Below, in pieces: positions 23,001 to 33,919 of a DNA stretch of 64,000 nucleotides. Under the pieces are notes generated by a model. It was not told the DNA's origin and made no database searches. It saw only the letters and a list, made by a program, of their open reading frames with translations. Within the stretch, counting starts at the first letter, position 1; the number at the start of each line of letters is the position of its first letter. This stretch comes from Nemertoderma westbladi (Eukaryota; Animalia; Xenacoelomorpha), in NCBI GenBank assembly GCA_032718475.1, contig JAUCBJ010002949.1, positions 105,102-169,101 on the forward strand, given 5' to 3'. Made by a program: the position numbers and the translations under genes.

Positions 23001-24266
23001 CTAAGAGACTCAGCTGCGGAGAAGCTAAATAGTGCGGGATTTGCTCTCTTTCAGGACGTTTGTATACAGAACTTACATTCATCTGTTATACAAAGACCCC
23101 GAATACCCACGGGTTATTCTGTCGTGGAAGTTCAGACAGTGGGTCCGCTTGCAGAGACAGCTGCACCTACCTCAGCTATGCAATTGGAAGACGAACCAAT
23201 CTGCTTAGAGTCTGAAGCGATCCAGCCTACAGCGCCCCGGAGCAGCGATAACGATTACGTCTTGGAGTGGTATCAAGGTCCACAATGTCTCACCGCATAC
23301 GATTATCGACACGCCAACTATGTTTCTCGAAAACGTTGTCGATTATGCGCATTGAGAGACCATTTCACCCCTATGGACTCAGACGTACCCTGCTCCTATT
23401 TCCACGAACAACCGATGATGGAGATCTATTGTGCGTATTGCAGACTTAATAACTCGCATATTTTTGCAGTCTGCCCCCAATTTATGACCCAATGTCACCA
23501 CTGTCAACTTAAAGGACATGCCAGTTATAATTGCCCCTTTAACCGCGATTTAGAAAGCGTAGATGAGATGATTACCTTGCGCTACATACGAGCTTGGGAA
23601 GCGAACGCGGATTTACATTGTGAGGCCCGCCATCGCTACTACCCTGGACGGTCTTACGAGGGAGTTTACGCGTTCCATCCTTATTTATTCGCGTCTGTGG
23701 AACAAAAAACACGCACACCGAGTTACGAACTAATGAAGCGTGTTGGTGAGTGTATTTCCACCAAATTTGTTCGAAAATATCTTAGGAACGTCAATCCTAA
23801 CGATATTACTTCATATCATTTGATCAATTTCATCCGTCAAGACCCTGAGTATGGCGATTTATTTATCAACTCGCACCCTGAGTTACAGGAAGTATCTCGA
23901 CGGCCCTACGAATATCGAGCCCGAGAACGCGAGCTGGAAAGAACCATTAAACCAAGGAAGTTTCTCACCACTCACGGTCCGCCTACTGCCATTGTCCAGA
24001 TGACCCGTCAAGGACCCGTAGGAGCTGCTGTCCTAAGACGCGCCCTAAAAGCCGTTAGACCTCGCTCCACTGAAGTTGATATCAATCAACCAGGTACCTC
24101 GACCGGCGGATACACCGATCGTAATCCTAAACCTTCTGATGCAATTGTATTGCACCCTTCACCCAGGAGTTACAGCCCTCCTAGTAAAGTGGCTCGCCCC
24201 AAAGAGAAAAGGACTCTTGCTAGCCTCAAAAAACTGCGTAAACGCCATCCGCATAAGAAAGACTAA
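20013..24266 (+). CDS. ORF2, 1417 aa: DEDDy-type 3'-5' exonuclease domain, zinc knuckles, basic C-terminus
   Basis: ExoI VVTYDNEG (D718/E720), LPQPVLEMLFNERILKIGSAVYGDL (ExoII D819), FVDTQLIA, SIGHLAFQEYG, ExoIII PLRPSLAIYTIFE (Y927/E931); knuckles CAYCRLNNSHIFAVC and CHHCQLKGHASYNC; no signal peptide or TM segment. Confidence 0.85.
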   Translation: MTELIEDDLGIRERYTLPLQAFVDILIRGDAGPTTTEDDGRYIEPPMSPEQLTRELDYRKFTARYTHRNGTYMDFLTTGHPIDLHDTDDVDTEREMVLFKYHTQRSRNDKPRIEHENSIRNKLEREDVEEPDKRRDFNDYLEFLRETYLNIASQQNLETRYPQGIHHDPMIELKRLYFTIMYLTADRPLPVVPDSFEQMEEYCKTGERSPAFPLQDVCLWYYCDECPRPNQQTERHKHPRRRCAKHSFTQYTYGSFERNLFNISPTVARLERSLNKPMIRVPEYSVRPPHSSVRPQTLDPNSITDPPELYSLFKDLVLPEQLIGGTPVVGSLDIRQPYRAGLGRSHLISPFNPHNRPGFTSIQPVTEVEESVVRNALDAIRQKIGKGTYDCLEKRKLQQQVQAVKELALPQFDREIQNLEEDIERGRTYSLQEFLDERLQQQAEENQLEERHIELDEREEAALAQPEAQILMTDLYSKTILHPSMVPHFGDKLFATIQPQPVDINLRSRDLIADAPMLQRPPIEAAHVDGILVEPPDNRADLVRRMVHDVNIRARPLPDSFYGIKDHPYYVNLTQYYMVKPEDPTHSLRFLPLINPLDLVELEQLHKHLDQLVKINSFRKPYNVSRIEKETIPPYNLDGFIKTRLVHWNLDVLFVEERIQRYGDVETYTTQYLKYRDLPNASKCATLWHPVGMTLENATKEWNETLNVIEMYGVVTYDNEGSVPVGELGTTRMIHIRGLAGSTHVFTRACSDVIDYSFETLTETQKRLRHGQFELAQRYVADTERKPAMGIDGSMLPQPVLEMLFNERILKIGSAVYGDLKNDFRNMENIPYPFVDTQLIAPWAEGRGFFRTMYANTPSGITKVQRTSIGHLAFQEYGWNFKVGNPINYQQVYGDHYSHLYFDGPLTAPGAVYSFMSVPLRPSLAIYTIFENAALAGWLADVCSRTIRAHPLILGTKLAKLDEHNKFLRFECFRRFLTPFRNVDSQFKDCALTKLSLRDSAAEKLNSAGFALFQDVCIQNLHSSVIQRPRIPTGYSVVEVQTVGPLAETAAPTSAMQLEDEPICLESEAIQPTAPRSSDNDYVLEWYQGPQCLTAYDYRHANYVSRKRCRLCALRDHFTPMDSDVPCSYFHEQPMMEIYCAYCRLNNSHIFAVCPQFMTQCHHCQLKGHASYNCPFNRDLESVDEMITLRYIRAWEANADLHCEARHRYYPGRSYEGVYAFHPYLFASVEQKTRTPSYELMKRVGECISTKFVRKYLRNVNPNDITSYHLINFIRQDPEYGDLFINSHPELQEVSRRPYEYRARERELERTIKPRKFLTTHGPPTAIVQMTRQGPVGAAVLRRALKAVRPRSTEVDINQPGTSTGGYTDRNPKPSDAIVLHPSPRSYSPPSKVARPKEKRTLASLKKLRKRHPHKKD

Positions 24267-24336
24267 CTGTTTAGAGTATTTTTATATTTTAGAAACTGTG
24301 ATTTGTTATATTTTATAGACTTAAATCCCATTTTCT

Positions 24337-24344
24337 GGGAGCGG
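24337..24344 (+). other. Polypurine tract-like sequence GGGAGCGG
   Basis: Directly abuts the 3' LTR in B, C (39722-39729) and D (43125-43132). Confidence 0.75.
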
Positions 24345-25530
24345 TGTAAAGGCTTTTGCGTAATTAGCCGGTTATTTTCCCCGTAAAGTACTCTGTAGTT
24401 GGTTTAACCGGCATAAAAGGCCGTGTCCTTACTGTACTGTTGTTTTAGAGGACATAAAAGCCATTTCTTCTGTATGTGTACTTTAGCGGACATAATTCGC
24501 AATTCTATGACGCAATACGCCAAATCCTCTGAAACAGTGTAGCTACCATGACGACGGCTAACAGCTGATGCTGTACACGTGGAGCTTGTTCTTTGTTCTC
24601 TGTTCCTTCTTTGTTCGGTCGACCAATCAGAGCGTTTTTTGCCTCTGTGTTGGAGATTGTATATAGAAACTCTTGGAGTTGAGTCAGTATGTGATTTTGT
24701 CCACAGCCTACAACACCGGCTTTGGAACCTCCGTGTTTCAGTCTTTAGCCCAACATTAGTAGGCTTAATTATAGAACGTATATCCGTTATCATATCAATC
24801 CATACATAACATATCATATCTCATTGATCACATATCTGCATTCATAACCATTCATACCTTAAACTTTGTACTGCTATTTACTGTCGGTTATTCATTATAT
24901 TTGTTAATGGAATATTATATTTGGAATACTGATAAATAATCAGACACCCCAATCTTCTTGATATACTAAAGGTTAGAGAGACCGGTTACATATAACGATT
25001 GCGACTTACATTAAGTGGTTTGAAGTGAATCTAATGCTATTTTATAGGCCCTACATGTATTGTCTGTTGTTCTCTTTATATGTGACTAAAATTAGTGAAG
25101 GTCGGCAGATCAGTGTGCAGCATTGTGCAGTATTGTGTATGATTGTGACTGATAACAAAGCATCTCCTAAAGAATGCGCCATATACGTGAATCTATGGCC
25201 ATCCCGTTGTGTCTAGTTTAAGTCATAACTCTGTTTACATATTTAGAGCGCCATGTCCTAAAGGAACTGTTAATATTTCCCGAAAGTGAATAATATTTGT
25301 CAGAGATTATATATTACGATCAGTCGAATAATACATTAGGCCTACCCCGCAATACGGTTAGGCTTCCGAATCCAGTCTCCCGGGTATATCCAGCGGGTGA
25401 ATGATCGCGCATAGACTGGCTTCGGCTAATGTAGTGTATCAAATACTTGTCATAGGCTAAAGACGATCTATCATCTAAAAGACATCCCAATTTGGCAGGT
25501 TAAACTGCTAAAGGTCTGAAAGCGCGAACA
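24345..25530 (+). repeat. 3' LTR of copy B
   Basis: Direct repeat of 10311-11497, followed by TSD GTGAC. Confidence 0.97.
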
Positions 25531-26551
25531 GTGACTGTCGCTATAAGGCTTGGGCCTGAAAGGCCGATATAATAAAGATCTGCATTTAAAGCTTGTGGAT
25601 ATTGATAATGTCAGATATATGAGTATCGGTAATACAGCACAATCAGTATTGCACAATGACAGCAGTAACGTCGACGGTTTTAACCATTTAACTTCTACTT
25701 GAATACTAGCCAACTGAATCATAATTAATACTGAATAAAAGTTATATGGAGATTGCATCGAAGATTACACATATTGCCTACTGTATCGACCTACCAATAG
25801 ATGCATGCTAATTTATGGTGTACCGCCCCACTATTGGTTGGTTTACTTTCCTTGGCCACACCCTATCTTTCCTGGCCCTGTGCTGTCTTCCCCCTGAGAT
25901 GTATTGGTATCTCTCTCCAGCTGGCAGTGTATATTGCCTTATTCCCTCTGGTATGCAATATTGGGTTGGACAATATTGCATATCTAATCGTAATTCGTAT
26001 ATCACGATTTCCCCATTTTCTCAATGGGTGGTGCACTGGATTGGATCCGCTAACAAGATGTCCCATATTCACTTTACCACACCTAGAGGCAGACTGGTTA
26101 ACTGTTGTCGATATACACTTTTCGCTGTAATTACTGTAATTGATGTAATATTGATCTAATCTGGTTTGAGAATATTATTGAAAATTGTTTTTGACATTTT
26201 TTTGTTCCGTCAATACTGATAGTTCATTTGTATGATATATGTATTGCGTATGAATATCTAACCCTGGCGTGTGTATGTAGGCCTACATTACTATCCTACA
26301 TGATTGATTTAACATTATTGCGGTTACTTTATTGAGGTTATTTAATTTGCAATTAAACGATGTGTTCACTCTCTTTAATTATCATAAAGTTCTACAAATA
26401 TATATTTCAGTACAAATACAACAATTTTTTACCGGTAACTTTAAAGAGTTATGAACAGACTTGAACTCTCTGTACCTTAGTTTATATTTGTTGTGTATTG
26501 TGTTAATGAATAACGTTTCTTATTGGATGAATACTAAGGCTTTTGGTTATA

Positions 26552-27021
26552 CGCAAATATTTTTTCCTACCTATTTTTTTAAATCATTTCGCCTATTTTT
26601 TCAACTTTTTTTACCTATTTTTTTTTATTATTTTTTTTACCTAATTTATTTAATCATTTTACCTATTTTTTTATGCAGTTACCGTGCTGCAGTGCACAAG
26701 GCCTACTGCAATAGTTAAGTACCAGTACCGGTACTGTAATTTAGAACTAACCTAATCGTTTATTGTTTTGGTTCCTTCTGGCTACCACTGTAACCTGCTC
26801 CTTTATTGTCCTCCGGTTATGTTAAACTCAGGATTTCTCTACCAGTCTGCTAGTTGACATTCTGACTGTCCCTATGTCGAAATATTAATAGGTAAAAAAA
26901 TAATTTGAAAAAAAATAGGTAAAATGATTAAAAAATTAGTTAAAATGATTAAAAAAATAGTTAAAATGATTAAAAAAATAGGTAAAATGATAAAAAAAAA
27001 TGGGTGCCGAAAAATAACGCC
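26552..27021. mobile_element. Foldback/MULE-like MITE
   Basis: Arrays of ATTTTACCTATTTTTT in inverted orientation at the two ends, flanked by the 10-bp direct repeat TTTGGTTATA (26542-26551, 27022-27031). Confidence 0.6.
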
Positions 27022-29815
27022 TTTGGTTATATTGGTTTGTTGTGGAGGGAAATTAGTTTAGTTTAGTCAAAGTATTTCAGTTCTTAGTTAATTCCGTTTA
27101 CCGATAGCAATGGCTTGAGAAAGGAACCAAGGTTTTTGAAGTATTGCAATAATTTTGTTGTTGCGTCATCCTTATCCTGTTAATATTAATAATAATATAA
27201 ATTCATTAGGAAGTGCTTCTCTGAATAGGAACACTACTACTGTAACAACATTACATTATACCCCATGCGGTGTCTCTCTAAGAAATCTCTAAGAGATCTC
27301 TCTTAAGAAATAAGAAAATCAATTTGGTAATTTACAACGTAATAATAACGTTACTGCAAAGGCAGAAAATTTCAGATCAATAGACAGACAATGATGATCT
27401 ACTGTGTATACCTACTACCAACACACACCAGAATTACAACCCTCATATATTATGTATCTTCTATACAATTTATCATATAATATGTAGGCTACCATAGCAT
27501 AGGCGCATGCACTCTGTGTTTCTTTTCTTCGCCAGCCAAGTTTGAATTTTGCTTAGTTTGTCTATAGTTCGTTTACTAGTTTTCTATTTTTATTATTATT
27601 TTATTTATTATTTTTTATTATATTATTTTATATTAATTTATATATTTTTATTATTATATATATTTATATAGCTCATTAAAGTTGTCGAGTTTAAAATTTG
27701 TAGGCAAAAGTCAATAAAACCCAAAATTTGATTTTTTAGAGACTTTCAGACAGCATCATCACTGGCTTTCAATATTTTTTACCTATTTCATCTAGAGCAG
27801 ATTTTTATCAAGATTCCAAATATGAAAACCGTTTAGCCAAATCCATACACTTTTTTCCATACACTTTTCTGTTTTAAAATCTGTCTTACTTTTCGATGTA
27901 TGGCTGTCTGTCCGTTTTACTGCCAATCAATATGGCTGACTGTCCGTCAATATGTCTCCAAAACAAAGGCAAACATAAAATCTGTCTTAAAAAAATTAAT
28001 ATATGGGTTTTCTTGGTCCGTGACTTCATTTCTGATATCAGTATTCAAATTTGGCATCGTCTTTTCTGTCTGTATGCCTGTCAGTCTGTCCGTCAAAATA
28101 TATCCGTCAGCCAGACTGCCAAACAGACAATTTGGGGCCATCAAATCTGCGATAACTAATACGTAACTCCCTATAACAAAATTTTTAGCTAGATGGTGTG
28201 CCCTTTTCTTATATTTAACGGACAGATTGTCAGATAGTCAGAAAGACCGACAGACAGACTAACTAGATTTTATTAAAAATGAAATCTGACCTCAGAAATT
28301 AAACTGGAAATGCTAAATAAACTGGAAACATCAATTTTAGTGCCATTATGGTGCCCTGATCGAAAAGAACATGTAGGAAAATTTTCAAACTGTTCAATTT
28401 TCCTTTGGTTTGGTAATTCTGATTGTAAAGTCCAGTAGTATACCGCCTACCGAATCCTTGTAACGAAATACCTTACTGTAGAATTCAGCAGTGTATACGG
28501 GTTCGTACAGTACCTGACAAGAAATCCCAGTCCAGGGTGTCTAAATAAACAGATACCAAGTACACAAGCTACTACTGGCGAGGAACGGGGCCTGATGTCT
28601 CTTCTAATACTTGGGCGAATAAATTGCACGGGCTAACTAGACAAACAGGATGCCCGGCCTCTAACCGGTGAGGCAGATGTACAGTTTACAGATACAGACC
28701 AAACTCACGGGAAAACAATTCCCGCGTAGCGAATCCTAACTATTGCTAAAGGACCTAAATACTGTAAACTTGCCGCGGTGTGATTTATATGGGTATAATA
28801 CGAGCTAGCGGGTCAACGACACTAGCGTAAGAAACAATACTGCTGACAGGAAAAGGCAGTCAAAAGGTTGCCTGATCAAACAAATACCAAATACCTCTAC
28901 AAATAATAATAACCTATCTGTAAACTTAGTAAATCTCAAGACGCGTGTGTGTGTGTTACGATAAAACAATTTTGGTGTACCGCTGTTAGACTAGGTTTTG
29001 GTGATTTTAACAAAATAACAATACCGGGCGCTAGCTACTTGAATAAGCTAGTCGCACGCTGTAGGCGCAATACTTACAAACTGACGTCAAAAGGGCTCTC
29101 TCCTCCTATATTCACAACTCAGTCGGGCAATTACGGTGTTAGTAACTACACCCGGATCAGCACTAATACCAAATTCTGATTGTGAGATAAGGAAATAGGG
29201 TGTTAATTTACTACCGTACGTCTAGCTGATCTGGTATGTAATTTGATTCTAAAATTTTGTTACCGTGGTGGTCTGCAGTAAATACCTATCAGTACGTGGC
29301 AAGGGCGCGGTAGATTGTTAGTAAACCTCCCTCAGCCAAAATGCGTGTCGGTAGCAGAAAGCTGCCTCTTGCCTGAGCAAATACTTTGGACTCAGACAGG
29401 TCAGTCAAACTGCGAGGCCTTCAGAGCTAACCAGTACTGTACCACTTGTACGGTAAATCACCAAATTATAGAGCGTGTTATTCGCATCTAAGTGTACTTG
29501 CACATACTGACAAACAGCATCATCTCGCACCTGTGACCCGGGTTTTTTCCTGTCTGAATCTGAGGTATTTGGTCCAAAATTTTACGGCGTCCCAGGATGG
29601 CGTGCTTCACCCTGATCTAAGGATCTTACGGTGGGCAAAGGCGTCAAATAAAGTCTTACCTCCTCTGACGTGGGCGCGATCAGGCAAAAGGGCATGCTTC
29701 CAAATGGAAGTGGGCGAAGATAGTGCAGGTTCCGTTATGCGTCATGGACATCCCTTCCCCTTGCGTTTGATTTGGTATGTGCAGCCAGTTGGTGGCCAGC
29801 CAGTAATGCATCCAG

Positions 29816-30243
29816 GTGCAGATAATAGATTTACGTTCTTATAATCAAAGCCATCTAATGTTGGCCAAAGTCTGAAACTTCTACAGAAGCACAGAATAAT
29901 TTCTAAGCCGATGTTCTGAGGCTCAGAAAGGTAAACAAAAACCGTAATGCATTGCGCGGTTTTCCGTAGGCCTCTGTACAAGATAAAATGAAAATCGCTC
30001 TGATTGGCCGAGCGAGCTGAACAAAGAGATGTGCCACGTTTACAGTAAATCAGCTGACAGATTTCGTCATCTGAGTTCCAGTCTTTTAGAGTATTAGGCG
30101 CATTGCGGCAGAAAATGGCTTGTTATGTCCGCTAAAACACCTACATGGCATATTGCGGAAAAAATGGCTTGTTATGTCCTCTAAAACATCTACACGGTAT
30201 ATTGCGGAGAAAATGACTTGTTATATCCGCAAAAGCTTTTACA
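29816..30243 (-). repeat. Partial LTR (U3 segment) nearly identical to the start of LTR A
   Basis: Matches 6888-7321 including the TGTAAAAGC terminus; homology stops at 29816. Confidence 0.88.
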
Positions 30244-32505
30244 GGCTATTTGTTGTTCTAGGTTATCGGTTCTTAACGCTAGAGACTTGTTTTCATGTGA
30301 CAAGGAATCATTTCTTTATAACAAAGAATGAATGATTTCTCATGAATCGTCATTGTCCAGGGGTCTGGGTTGTCTGACTTCTGGCACACGACTGTGAGTG
30401 TTATGTAGGTTGGGGTCTAATGGGGGTGCATAGGCCTCTGAAGGTGTAATAAATCACCTTGGGGGAACACCTCAATTGGAGTGCCTGGCGCAAACCTGAC
30501 ACCACCCTTCTTGGGGTAAGACTTTCCCAGCCCGTTATTGGGGACTGGGGCCTGTCTGCCGGATGACAACGGCGTTCCTGGCCCCGGATGCCGGGTCCCC
30601 ACTACCACTGGTGCAATCGTGGCCAAGTGGCTCGATCCGGGAGCCAGGTGCCTGCCATCCGGTCGGTTTTGTTGGCTGTAATAAATCGTTGAGCGAGGAT
30701 TTATCTCCGCTTTTGTAATTGGGGATATGTCAGTGCTGAATGATACCCTTTCGTCCTTTGCCTTAGATAAAGTGCTAGACAGGTAGTTAGGCTTGGGGTG
30801 TTCTGGGCAACCCATACGAGGAATATGGTTCGAGATGGGGCCTATCAGTGGTGTAATAGCTCTAGCGTGGTAAGGGGTTGCTACTGGGTCAATCGGCTCG
30901 GCTGATACACCACACGATAGGGGTGCTACCATCTGGGACGGCTTCCGTTCCTGCAGATCTATATAGATCTTGAACCCAGGATCGTTTGGCTCGTCTTCCT
31001 CCTGTAACCTACCCAGGGGGGGGGGGGCGCGAATCCAGCAGTCTCGGATGGTTTAAATCAGTCGGCTCTGGGGGTATCCTGTCTCTATTATATGGAGGCA
31101 GGTCCGGCAGTGCCACTCTAACAGCTCTCATTCGTCTGCCCCGAGAGTAGCTGCCACCCTCACTAGCGTCGGTGGAGTTTCCTTCATCCAACGAAGCATA
31201 AGTCCCTCTATTCGGTCTATCTCATCCTCGGTTTGAACCTAACCTTTCCTTGTGCTGATTTTCACTTAATCTCTTTAGCGCTATTTGGTTTTGCAAAGCT
31301 GATTCCTGCTGATCAGCTTCCAACTGTAATCTATTACATTGTTGAGTTGCATTTAATTGCAATTCCATTTCTAATAATTCCTTATCAGCTGCGTGCCCTT
31401 CTGCCTGTGCTTGCATGTCACGCTCAGCTTCTATTCCTTCTAGAACTGCCATTTATTCAGGGCTAGAGGGGGCTAAACCCTTTAACTTCCTACGTAGTTC
31501 AGCCTCTCCTACTATAGCTATGTAATGCTGTAGGTGCCATGATATGGCGTCCATACCTTCATTTTCGTCGGAATCCTCCGAGTCTGTGCGCAAGTCTCGC
31601 AGTGCTACTGTACCAGAACAAGCCACATCCATACCCGGGGTGATGGTCGGCCCATGTAGCCTTTCAAGGGCGAGTGCCTTCCCGGCTATCACAGCTACCT
31701 ATGCTAACTGCCTGCTGACTATGGCAGATAATTCGGCGTCGTGATGTCTTCTAGACACTTCCCAGAACGCGCATAAAACTAGTCGGATTCTGCAAACTAG
31801 TTCTTTGATTTTAAAGTATACAGCTGGGTTAGTTCTAGTGTCAGGCTGTACTGTCTGCAGCTCATGCGTAAGGGTTCCAATGCGCTGATTGAATTCGGCT
31901 ACTTGACCATAAACCAACGCAGATAGTTCTCCCGTGCTGCATGGGACCTGGGGAACCTTTAGCTTATACAGGTCCGCCCATGCCATGCCATTAAACCGGA
32001 AGAACCTATGAAGCTCCAGGTGGTTGTAATGTAAGCTTATTAAATGGTGCAATTCCTCCCCATAAACTTCCTGTTCAACAGCTACAGCTCCAGTTGCTAT
32101 TCTTTCCTGGTAACTGTCGATCTCCTCCAACAGGCGAGCTAGTCTAGCCTGTGGGTGAACAGTGACAGTCTCGTCCACAATATTCTGAGAAAGGGTGTTG
32201 TCGCTCAGGGGATGTAATTCCTCATTGCTGTTAGGTGAGGGGGCGATCATAATGGGGGATGTGTTCATACTGGAAATATGTTCACAGTGATGGCGAACTT
32301 ACTCCAACTTGTACAGGGCTAGGTTGGCGTTATTCACAATCCCTCCAGTAAACTGCCTAGTTCTTATACGGGACCTGTCCCAAGATTTCTTGCTAGGGAC
32401 GGGTGGCGCAACTGGGTTAATCGTAGCGGGAATTTCAGTAATAGGGACAGTTATAGCTGGTGGACGTCAAGCAAATGGCTCGGTCTCAGTGCCCGATCTT
32501 GACAT
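30244..32505 (-). pseudogene. Decayed gag N-terminus of a distantly related BEL/Pao element
   Basis: RIRLVLCAFWEVSRR and DAISWHLQHYIAIVGEAELRRKLKGLAPSS align with RIRLILSAFEEASKR and DAIDIYLSDYQRFIGDEELRRRLSGLRPNS of copies A/B/D; many stops. Confidence 0.75.
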
Positions 32506-33919
32506 GGTGCTAAGTCAATATAATCTTTATACAAACAAGGTATGGTAGCTACAAATATTTTTAACAATATATTTAACTAAGTATTATTTCTGTAAAGCAA
32601 AGAATTACTCGTTAGTGGGATTTTCTATTTGCCCCACCTAAATAAGTTGACTGTATTTGGGGATACAATGTTTTCTGCTCCCGCTGGGTGGCTTTATTTT
32701 CGATAAACTAAAAAACGCCCTATAAACGAAACGGGAATAACAAGTATCGCAGAAGCGTTTATGCAATTCTAGTCTCTCCGCTAGTAGTCGCTGTTTACAT
32801 TTATTTCCTTAAATGCTGTCCATTACTGTCCATTCGGTGATGGTATTCAAGAATGTCAGTATGAATTACCATTCAATGGGAAGTGGTGGGACTTGAATTC
32901 CACGAATTGGATAAGTAACTAGGTTACACAAGCCAATGAATGTAAGGAATGTCTAACCACTGTTGTACTATTGGTGGTGGGGGTGTATTACGTCTAAACA
33001 CTCAAGAAGAGTTAGCAGCACCAATGATGGGAATGGAATGTTATATGTCGCGACTAGGTAGGTTGAACAATGGAGTTTTAGTCTGAGTTGAAGCCGTTTG
33101 GGACAAGCTGTCTTGAATGGTATGTCGTTGTGGGGCGAGATGTGAATCGCCTTGGGATTGGATTAAATTGCGGGTCGCAATAAATCACTGGTACCTAATT
33201 AATGTGCAAGATTTGTTTATCAATCCCAAAGCACAAGTGCTACTGAGATTATTCCTGCAAATAATGTTGTTATGAATAAATATATACGTCTGAAGTCGCC
33301 TGTAATCCAAACAAATGATTATGCTTAGAATGTAATTGGCGTGAGTGTCCGTTCCCTTGAACTAAATACAAGGATTAATGTGCGTCAATATGTGGCCAGT
33401 TTCTACCTGTTAGATAAACAGTTTAATGGCCTAGAGAAGAATGTAATAATTAAATATGATGATACGTAGGTAATACAATGTACTTACAATATATAGGGGT
33501 TGCAACACTATGTTGCAAGTTTATAATAATAAACAGTTAGTACGAGAGTAAAACGTATGTACAGTAAAATAATGAAAAATATATATACCGGGTTACTTGG
33601 TTATTAATGTAACATTAAACCGCAGTCACACAAGCAGACTCTTTAACTCAATCAGTAATTAGCACGTATATGCACCAGAGGATCCCGACCAGTTGATTTT
33701 AGTCACGCGTCAGCGTCACCGTGTAATTGGAAAATAGTTTGTTGTCGTTCCAGTGTTATTAATAAGGTCCAAATATAATATATGATATAGAGTGTGATAG
33801 CACAGTTTAGATGAAGTAAGATACCGGTAAATGTACAGATGTATAATTGGTGACGGCGGTGACGGTACTAAAGTGTCACCATACTGCCCTATGTGACTGA
33901 GATAACTGACCGGTAAGCG

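Larger units (their letters stand above)
10311..25530 (+). mobile_element. Full-length non-autonomous BEL/Pao LTR retrotransposon copy B (15.2 kb) with exonuclease ORF2
   Basis: Two ~1187-bp TG...CA LTRs; 5-bp TSD GTGAC at 10306-10310 and 25531-25535; gag-PR; PPT; no RT or integrase core. Confidence 0.96.

Noticed and set aside
20013-24266. ORF2 as an envelope glycoprotein
   Set aside because: No signal peptide or transmembrane segment; the motifs indicate a nuclease with zinc knuckles.
27670-28440. Possible MITE remnants here and at 37100-37560
   Set aside because: Repeat-like texture, but no termini, TSD or second copy could be established in the window.
29585-29602. GGCGTCCCAGGATGG resembling a tRNA-Asn primer-binding site
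   Set aside because: Imperfect match, on the opposite strand to the neighbouring LTR fragment, and not adjacent to an LTR end.
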